Translations under genes and position numbers: made by a program
The notes under the pieces: generated by a model
Databases searched by the model: none
Told to the model about the DNA's origin: nothing
The model's input: the letters and a program-made list of their open reading frames with translations, nothing else
Shown here: piece after piece, positions 57,571 through 64,000 of the stretch
How positions within the stretch are numbered: the first letter of the stretch is position 1
How the letters are laid out: each line of letters opens with the position of its first letter
DNA from: an uncultured virus (IMG/VR IMGVR_UViG_3300022602_000082)
Lineage: Duplodnaviria > Heunggongvirae > Uroviricota > Caudoviricetes
DNA length: 64,000 nt
Virus record (IMG/VR): IMGVR_UViG_3300022602_000082
Strand: one strand, 5' to 3'

Positions 57571-59138
57571 GAATCCCCCTTTTCGACATCGACTTCAAAA
57601 TATTCGAGTCTCAAGGGTACATTATCTTGGTGAAGTAAGTCAAACGCTCTTCTACGGCCCTGACCTAGTCTATGGACTTCGGATTTAGCGGTATTGAGGT
57701 TAACGTTCTGCCACGCAGAAAAGGTTTGGTAGTCATCACTGGTATAACGTAAAAGGGCATAAGAATCAATCTTATCGCCTACAACTTGAACGCTTCTCCA
57801 AAACTTACGTAGATTATCGCCACCATCTACTAATGGAGTACGAGCTAATACCGCAATTGGGTTACCGTCATCTTGATAGGTATTTGGGTCAAACTCATAG
57901 ACTTTACCATTGGTCTCGTGTTGGATTAAATCCATATCCTGATACTTGGTATAGAACTGACCCTTAAAATAACCTTCTACGTTATTTTCGGTGGAAGTCC
58001 AATATGTCCAACCATTTTGAGCAAAGTCATATACTAGGGTATACCCTAAGTCTCTAAGGGTTAATACGTATAAGGAGTGCCCTGATGTTTTGATGCTAAA
58101 AGCATAAGCAAGGTCAGGATTGCAATTATTAATAATTCTTTCAATATACTGGTTAGAGATAATCTGAGGGGATTGACCAGACATTGCCATTACTTGAAAA
58201 CCTTTTTGGTGGCTTGTACCCATCCAAACAAGAGTGTTATCCATTTGTATTAAAGAGTCTTCTGCTGCGGCTCCAAATTGAATGACAGAGTTCTGATATG
58301 GTAGAAATGGACTGCCTGGGGATGTACCTGCATCATAGAAGAACTCAATATGATGTGAACCAAATGTTACGATATAGTTAATTGTCCGACCAATAGCCAA
58401 TAAAGGGTCAGCATCAGACACTACTCCAATGTAGTTAATTGCTTGCCAAGTTGTAGGGTCTTCTACGTTAGAGTTATAAAGCAAACCCTGAGGAGTCCCA
58501 ACAACATAATACCCATCCACAAACACCGCACCTGATACAGTAGTACCAGGATAAGAGGTAGTAAAGGTAAGAGCAACGGTTCCAGAAGCTGTAGCATTTT
58601 GACTTAAAGTTAAGGCAGTACCAAATATAGTTAAAACATAAGTGCCAAGGGGAACTCCTGTCCCTGTCACAATCTGTCCAACCTGAATTGCAGGATTGGA
58701 TGCAGATAATGTTACAACAGGCGTACCTGATATGGTCGTACCGTTTTGCGTCGTAATGGTGCCTTGTAAATCTAAAATGGTGCTTGTTGCTATGGTATAG
58801 ACATATCCGTGGCTCTCATTCTTAAAAAAGACTTGAGATTGGTCTACTGAGTAGATGAAATCATACTCATCTGAACCATCAACGGGGGTAGCATTAGCAA
58901 CTCCATTGTCATAGAAGTTAGTTCCAATAATAGTAAGTAGGTGGCTACCAGCGGCAAAGATACCAAGTCCTTCTCCTGCAGTTAAAGTTTGAAAAGACTT
59001 AAGTCCTGGGCGTTTAACGGCTGCAATAGACTCTTTTTTCTCTACTTCAATAATCGCATTGCCTAGCTTTGAATCCTTGTTTAAGGTTCCATCACGACTA
59101 CCAATGTTATGAGCAAGAGGGATTCTAGAGGTTGCCAT
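57567..59138 (-). CDS. Tail nozzle (P22 gp10-like)
   Basis: Homologue of 16098-17669. Confidence 0.75.
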   Translation of the reverse strand: MATSRIPLAHNIGSRDGTLNKDSKLGNAIIEVEKKESIAAVKRPGLKSFQTLTAGEGLGIFAAGSHLLTIIGTNFYDNGVANATPVDGSDEYDFIYSVDQSQVFFKNESHGYVYTIATSTILDLQGTITTQNGTTISGTPVVTLSASNPAIQVGQIVTGTGVPLGTYVLTIFGTALTLSQNATASGTVALTFTTSYPGTTVSGAVFVDGYYVVGTPQGLLYNSNVEDPTTWQAINYIGVVSDADPLLAIGRTINYIVTFGSHHIEFFYDAGTSPGSPFLPYQNSVIQFGAAAEDSLIQMDNTLVWMGTSHQKGFQVMAMSGQSPQIISNQYIERIINNCNPDLAYAFSIKTSGHSLYVLTLRDLGYTLVYDFAQNGWTYWTSTENNVEGYFKGQFYTKYQDMDLIQHETNGKVYEFDPNTYQDDGNPIAVLARTPLVDGGDNLRKFWRSVQVVGDKIDSYALLRYTSDDYQTFSAWQNVNLNTAKSEVHRLGQGRRRAFDLLHQDNVPLRLEYFEVDVEKGDS

Positions 59139-59833
59139 TAATTTTTGAACCTGAAATCAGGCGAAAAGGAAGTAGAAGCCTCTTCTTGGCTCCAATCGGT
59201 CATTACTTCTTCATACTTAGCGGCACGTTGAGCGAGTTCAGCACGTACTTGTGCAGGGACACCATACTCAAGGGCTAACTGGTCAGCTAGTCCAAACTTC
59301 AATGTATTAAACCATTCCGATGGAAACTGAGGGATTGAAGTAGGCGTTAGGATGTCTGAAATAGGTTGTTGTACTTGTAGGTGGATAGTCCACCCTGCGG
59401 CATTTGGGTTATTAAATACATACAGTACGCCATTACCCAATTGTGGGTCGTAATAGACCTGATTAGGAGTGCCTGAAGAGGGTTTATAGCCCTGTTGCAT
59501 ATACTCTTGACGTGAGATGACCTGAAGGGTTGTATCGTTCCCCTGAGGGCTTCTAATGAACGCCATGACAACTCTTAATGGGCGGTCACAGATAACATCA
59601 CCTGTTGGGCCTAATGTGTAGGTATATTGACCTGCAACCATAGGTACTGGGAGGTCTTCTACTAACCATAAGGGCATACCCTTAGTCTGTAGTTGTTTAA
59701 TGTACAGGTTTAGGGCTTCTGAGCAGTTTTGATAGTCTTGTGGGGTAGGGCTATCTCCAGCACCAATTACTCCCAATACACGGAGTGCCCCATTAATAAC
59801 TGCGTCCCTAGATTGTGAGTAAGTGGTTGTCAT
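59138..59833 (-). CDS. Head-tail adaptor (P22 gp4-like)
   Basis: Homologue of 17672-18367. Confidence 0.7.
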   Translation of the reverse strand: MTTTYSQSRDAVINGALRVLGVIGAGDSPTPQDYQNCSEALNLYIKQLQTKGMPLWLVEDLPVPMVAGQYTYTLGPTGDVICDRPLRVVMAFIRSPQGNDTTLQVISRQEYMQQGYKPSSGTPNQVYYDPQLGNGVLYVFNNPNAAGWTIHLQVQQPISDILTPTSIPQFPSEWFNTLKFGLADQLALEYGVPAQVRAELAQRAAKYEEVMTDWSQEEASTSFSPDFRFKN

Positions 59834-60107
59834 ATTATTCCGCTTTTGGTGGCTCTTCAGTAATTAAAGCATACTGTTGTTGTAGCTTTTGAAGCAAAGG
59901 ATATGCTCCAGACTCAGTAGGTAATTGCCCTACAACTTTAATAATAAAAGCTGCTTCGTTATCTTCTAATGTAAATGTTTTCACTTTTTTCTCGCTTTTT
60001 AATTATTTCATTTTAGCAATTAAATCATAGATATATTTTCTTTTTATTGCCAATTCTTCAGGAGTTTCTATAAGAGGTGTTGGTATTGTGTCAGTCATAA
60101 TCAATCC

Positions 60108-61418
60108 TTATTGAGGTGCATCGTGGACTGTAATCCACATAAAATAATTGCCAGCAGGAACCGCCCCCAAACCAATAACTTCTACTGAGCCTTGGAATGG
60201 GTAAGGAGTATTACCACCTGGGTCTCCTATGCCAGAAGTACTGCATTCAGAAGCCCAAAGAACACGCATATTAGCACCACTCCATAATTCTGCAGTTACC
60301 TTTGGAAGGTATTGAGTCATTAATGGATGATAAAAGAATGCTGTTACAGTGCTTCCAGTTGTAAATCCAGATGGGATTGCAATAGTTGCCATAAATCTAT
60401 TTGCAGCAATAGGAACGCCACCATTGAATGTAGATATGCTATTTACTGAAGTTGATAAAGGAATAGCAGTAGATGGTGTAAATTGATATTGTCCATAAGA
60501 TGTGCAAATAATTCTATTTCCAGCACCACTTAATTGCCATTTAGAATATACAGGAGTACTAGAAAGTGCTAATTTAAAAATGTTATCAATAGCATTTCCC
60601 TTGATATTTGCTACTGAAAAACCATCAAAGTAACCATAAATGTTAAATATGCAACGAGCAGGTGGAAGATTTGCGTTTGCATAAATTCCGTATGAATTTG
60701 CAATGTTATTAGCATCAATAGCAAAAATATTGAATTGAGTGCAATCCCATGTTGGGTATCCTAATGACCCATTGTTAACATCATAAAAATTAATGCCATA
60801 TTGACAACCAACAATAAAGTTGCCGTTAATTTGGTTTCCTTGAAACAATGTTCCAGTAAAGCTACCTGTAACCATACATTCAAAAGCAACACCAGTTGTG
60901 CTTGTGCTAATAGCTGTAAAATTAACAATATTGTCAGCACATCCCTTGTATGTATTATCAATACGCAAACAAATACCTGCATTTGCACAATTTGTTACGC
61001 CTGATGCTTGAACATTAGCTAAAGATGCTCCATAAAGCAATAGGCCATAACTACCACTAACAATTTGTGGTAATTTAATTAAAGTTCCTGAGTAATTTCC
61101 AGAGCTTAAAGTAACTACAGGAAAAGCGGTTGCAGATGCTTTAATGGTTGCTCTACTATCGCAATCAATGCCACAAGCAGGACTAAATACTAATCCTTGG
61201 GAAACAATATATTCTGCAGAAGAAGATGGAAAGTAAACGGTTCTATTGTTTGCTTCACAATAAGTAATACAAGCAGTAATGGCTGCATAGTCATCTGTAG
61301 TACCATCGCCTACTGCACCAAAGTCTTTAACTGAAACAACATCATTCAGTTTTGCACTTGTTTGTCTATTGATAGCACCTGTTGCTGGTTGCTCTACTTT
61401 TGGAATAAGTGTTGTCAT
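60108..61418 (-). CDS. Tailspike with pectate-lyase-like N-terminal motif
   Basis: VSVKDFGAVGDGTTDDYAAI; the body differs from the unit A spike. Confidence 0.75.
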   Translation of the reverse strand: MTTLIPKVEQPATGAINRQTSAKLNDVVSVKDFGAVGDGTTDDYAAITACITYCEANNRTVYFPSSSAEYIVSQGLVFSPACGIDCDSRATIKASATAFPVVTLSSGNYSGTLIKLPQIVSGSYGLLLYGASLANVQASGVTNCANAGICLRIDNTYKGCADNIVNFTAISTSTTGVAFECMVTGSFTGTLFQGNQINGNFIVGCQYGINFYDVNNGSLGYPTWDCTQFNIFAIDANNIANSYGIYANANLPPARCIFNIYGYFDGFSVANIKGNAIDNIFKLALSSTPVYSKWQLSGAGNRIICTSYGQYQFTPSTAIPLSTSVNSISTFNGGVPIAANRFMATIAIPSGFTTGSTVTAFFYHPLMTQYLPKVTAELWSGANMRVLWASECSTSGIGDPGGNTPYPFQGSVEVIGLGAVPAGNYFMWITVHDAPQ

Positions 61419-61433
61419 ATTAACTCGCTAAAA

Positions 61434-61607
61434 TTATTGCTCTAGTTGAGCAGGTGTTGGTTGTGGGAAGTCAGGATGTTCCCATTTTGCAATGTAATCG
61501 CCTTTTCCATCTGAATCATTTTTAAGCAAAATTGACCCACGCATAGGATGAAAGTCATCCGAAATCAAAGATGGATATAAAGAAATTATTTTTTCGTATA
61601 GTGTCAT
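61434..61607 (-). CDS. XkdW-like tail fibre assembly protein
   Basis: YEKII.LYP.L...DF...I.LKNDSDGKGDYIAKW..P..PQPT pattern. Confidence 0.6.
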   Translation of the reverse strand: MTLYEKIISLYPSLISDDFHPMRGSILLKNDSDGKGDYIAKWEHPDFPQPTPAQLEQ

Positions 61608-62899
61608 TATGCGCCCCTTACCATAGTTCCTTGAAACCACATTGAATCAGGTCTGCCTCCAAGTGTTGTACCATTGCTACCTGAATTTTGATATATAAAT
61701 GCCTCTAAATAATCTGTAGTTCCGTTCATATAAACAATATAAGTAAGCGTACCTGATGGATATTGTGAAGCAAAGTTTGCAAAATCTGCTGATGCAATAG
61801 AAGTTCCATTTTTTTCTAAAATAGGAGCGAATACGCCCACTACAATTGCATTAAAAACTAAATCAATAGTTATCTCATAGTATCCTGCTACATTAGGAGT
61901 CCATCTATAAGTAGAAGTGTTGTAATTTGAATTTGTATCATAAACAACAGTATCAAAAGCAACTTTAGTAGCCGTATTATTTGATATTGTTTGTGTAGTT
62001 GATGCAGAAGCTCTAAATAAAGGAATCCCGCCAATACCTTTACCAGCGTATATTTCACCAGTAACACTTAAGTTAGTTGCTCCTGGGTCTGTAGTGTTGC
62101 CAATGGAAACACCGCCAGAAGAAAAAATACGCATCCGTTCTGTGTTTGCTGTGCCAAACCACATTGGAGTGCTAGTTACATTTTTAATGTAAGTTTCAGT
62201 TGCAGTATTAGCAACAATTTCTAATGCAATGCTTCCACTTGTGCGAATATCAATATTTCCACCAGTTGTACCATCAATAGTTAATCCATGATAACCAGCA
62301 TAATCTTGTGGAGAAGCAGTTCCTATTCCTAAACTTGTGCCATCAAATGTTAAATTAGAGCTTGAATTAAATGCGCTTGTGCCATTTCCATAAGGAATAT
62401 ATCCAGAAGTAAGGCTTGTTAAACCTGTTCCACCATTGCCAACAGGCAGTGTTCCCAATAAAGTTAATAATTGAGCATTAGTTGCTACAGTTTGGGCAGA
62501 TGCTCCATTGCCGTAAACAAAACCAGTTAATGTAGATGTAATAGGTGCTGCGCTAAATGTCTGTGTTTGACTAAATGTATTTACTTCATCTAGCTTGGGA
62601 AAGTCATTTAATGAAGCACGAACTAGTCTAAGTGATACTACATCTCCAGCAGAAAATGCAGTTCCTGAAGTTCCGTCTTGACCACGAACAATAGTAAATG
62701 TAGTTCCTGATACTGCAGTTACTTTAACAATCTCAATAGTTGTTTGAGTAGCTGCATCAGCTAATGTGCAATAAAAATATTGTGAGCCTGTAGGAGATGG
62801 AAAGCCTGTCGCAGACGTAACCGACATAGTCGTAGCTACGTTAGTAAGACTACTACTTAAAGTAGTATTACAGTTGTTTGCGAATAACATATTAGGCAT
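61607..62899 (-). CDS. Tail fibre with C1q-like C-terminal domain
   Basis: N-terminus matches 20192-22675; KVAFDTVVYDT...TPNVAGYY C-terminus. Confidence 0.7.
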   Translation of the reverse strand: MPNMLFANNCNTTLSSSLTNVATTMSVTSATGFPSPTGSQYFYCTLADAATQTTIEIVKVTAVSGTTFTIVRGQDGTSGTAFSAGDVVSLRLVRASLNDFPKLDEVNTFSQTQTFSAAPITSTLTGFVYGNGASAQTVATNAQLLTLLGTLPVGNGGTGLTSLTSGYIPYGNGTSAFNSSSNLTFDGTSLGIGTASPQDYAGYHGLTIDGTTGGNIDIRTSGSIALEIVANTATETYIKNVTSTPMWFGTANTERMRIFSSGGVSIGNTTDPGATNLSVTGEIYAGKGIGGIPLFRASASTTQTISNNTATKVAFDTVVYDTNSNYNTSTYRWTPNVAGYYEITIDLVFNAIVVGVFAPILEKNGTSIASADFANFASQYPSGTLTYIVYMNGTTDYLEAFIYQNSGSNGTTLGGRPDSMWFQGTMVRGA

Positions 62900-62908
62900 T
62901 AATTATCC

Positions 62909-64000
62909 TTAAATTGCTGAAATAACAAAAGCTAATAGTTCTTCGTATCTAATACCCAATCTTACAGAACCATCCTCTAATGTATCAGAACAAAATAATC
63001 CATATTTATGAGCATCTAGACCATTGTCAGAAAATGCTTTTTCTACATCTTGAGCCATTACACCTATATGCGTTCTAGCATTATTTCCTTTTTTAGCTAC
63101 TGCATCATTAAATTTAAATGATTTAATTAATCCTTTTATTGATTTTGCTGTAGCCAATTCTGCTTCAGTTAAATTTGCTATTTGCTGTTTTTGACTAGCA
63201 TCAGAAGTATTAATAGTTCCTGTCGCAGCATAAATAACAGACCATCTTAAAGATGAATATCCTGAACTCCAAGTATTATCTGCTCCTGGATTTATTGAAA
63301 GTGCATTTGTATTAATATCAAGGGCAGTTATTACTCCTGAGTTATATACATTAAAGCGCATACCATATTGATTTGCACTTCTTTGAGTTACATTAATAGA
63401 ACCTGCATCTAAATAACCAGCAGATGATGGATTTAAACTCCATAAAATTCCTAAACCATCTCCATTTACAGATGTTGTAGTTTGTTGCAAAACAAGTGGT
63501 TTATAGAGACCTGAAGCATATCCATTGTTAATATATACAGGAAATGTTGAAGCACCAGAAGAAGCTGTTTGAACAGTTAAACCTTGCAACAAATTAACTC
63601 TAGGGCTTAAAGCATTTCTATATCCACCACCTTGTAATCCTGTTGGCGCTGTTGTTGGAATTGAATTTCCATCTGCATTTACAAAGCTAGAAAAATATCC
63701 TCCATCATATACTTGACCAGCAGTATTTCCTTCATTGTAATCACCGCCAATAATATTGGCATAACGACAAGCAGGATAAGAAGATATATTTACACCGCTT
63801 AAATATAGACCATATCCAGTATTTACTTCGCAATCACAATTTATAACAGTTACCCACCAGCAAAGACCAAGATAAATTCCAGAGCCTCCGTTTTGTTGCA
63901 TTACGCAACCGCTAATTGTTCCTGCGTTAGCATTTGGGGGTGTTAGATTAGTTGCAGCGTATTGGTCATCAACCAAAATTCCATGATTTGTGCAATTAGT
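62909..64000 (-). CDS. Tailspike/fibre with S74-like intramolecular chaperone, 5' end outside the window
   Basis: RWSVIYAATGTINTSD..K...R.HIGVMAQ...GIRYEEL; the frame is open to the window edge. Confidence 0.75.
   Translation of the reverse strand, partial: TNCTNHGILVDDQYAATNLTPPNANAGTISGCVMQQNGGSGIYLGLCWWVTVINCDCEVNTGYGLYLSGVNISSYPACRYANIIGGDYNEGNTAGQVYDGGYFSSFVNADGNSIPTTAPTGLQGGGYRNALSPRVNLLQGLTVQTASSGASTFPVYINNGYASGLYKPLVLQQTTTSVNGDGLGILWSLNPSSAGYLDAGSINVTQRSANQYGMRFNVYNSGVITALDINTNALSINPGADNTWSSGYSSLRWSVIYAATGTINTSDASQKQQIANLTEAELATAKSIKGLIKSFKFNDAVAKKGNNARTHIGVMAQDVEKAFSDNGLDAHKYGLFCSDTLEDGSVRLGIRYEELLAFVISAI

Larger units (their letters stand above)
42084..64000. mobile_element. Phage genome unit B, related to A, truncated by the window end
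   Basis: Same gene order as 1-~22000, with diverged alleles and swapped accessory and tail genes. Confidence 0.9.

Noticed and set aside
42084..64000. Recent tandem duplication within a single genome
   Set aside because: The copies show many synonymous differences and different gene content, which fits two separate phages.

Overview
The window is entirely bacteriophage DNA: two related but clearly diverged podovirus-like genomes lying head to tail. Unit A (1-42083) looks like one complete, circularly permuted genome of about 42.1 kb. Unit B (42084 to beyond 64000) is a syntenic relative covering the early region, lysis genes, ejection proteins and tail. Bases 1-127 recur exactly at 42084-42210, which suggests an assembly join between two co-occurring phages rather than a natural duplication. 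Unit A encodes TerL, portal, GroES, scaffold, major capsid, P22 gp4/gp10-like tail parts, ejection proteins, tailspike and fibre, a GH108 endolysin, a holin and an embedded Rz/Rz1 pair. It also encodes an SF2 helicase, a Prim-Pol primase, RuvC-like and other nucleases, two glycosyltransferases, a PurD-like ATP-grasp ligase, a GNAT, two cupins, an HslV-like Ntn hydrolase and a metallophosphoesterase. I recognised no integrase, CI repressor, DNA polymerase or RNA polymerase. The host is probably a Gram-negative beta- or gammaproteobacterium, inferred from Rz/Rz1 and a CTGT-N8-ACAG LexA box. Comparing A with B exposes the most interesting non-coding features: a C4-like antisense RNA cassette with swapped sequence but the same architecture, a ~200-nt multi-hairpin element, a dense array of operator-like sites including a Fur-like box, and a hairpin RNA with a covarying stem and conserved C-rich anti-Shine-Dalgarno-like loops. 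All protein calls are from motif recognition by eye; no database searches were run.
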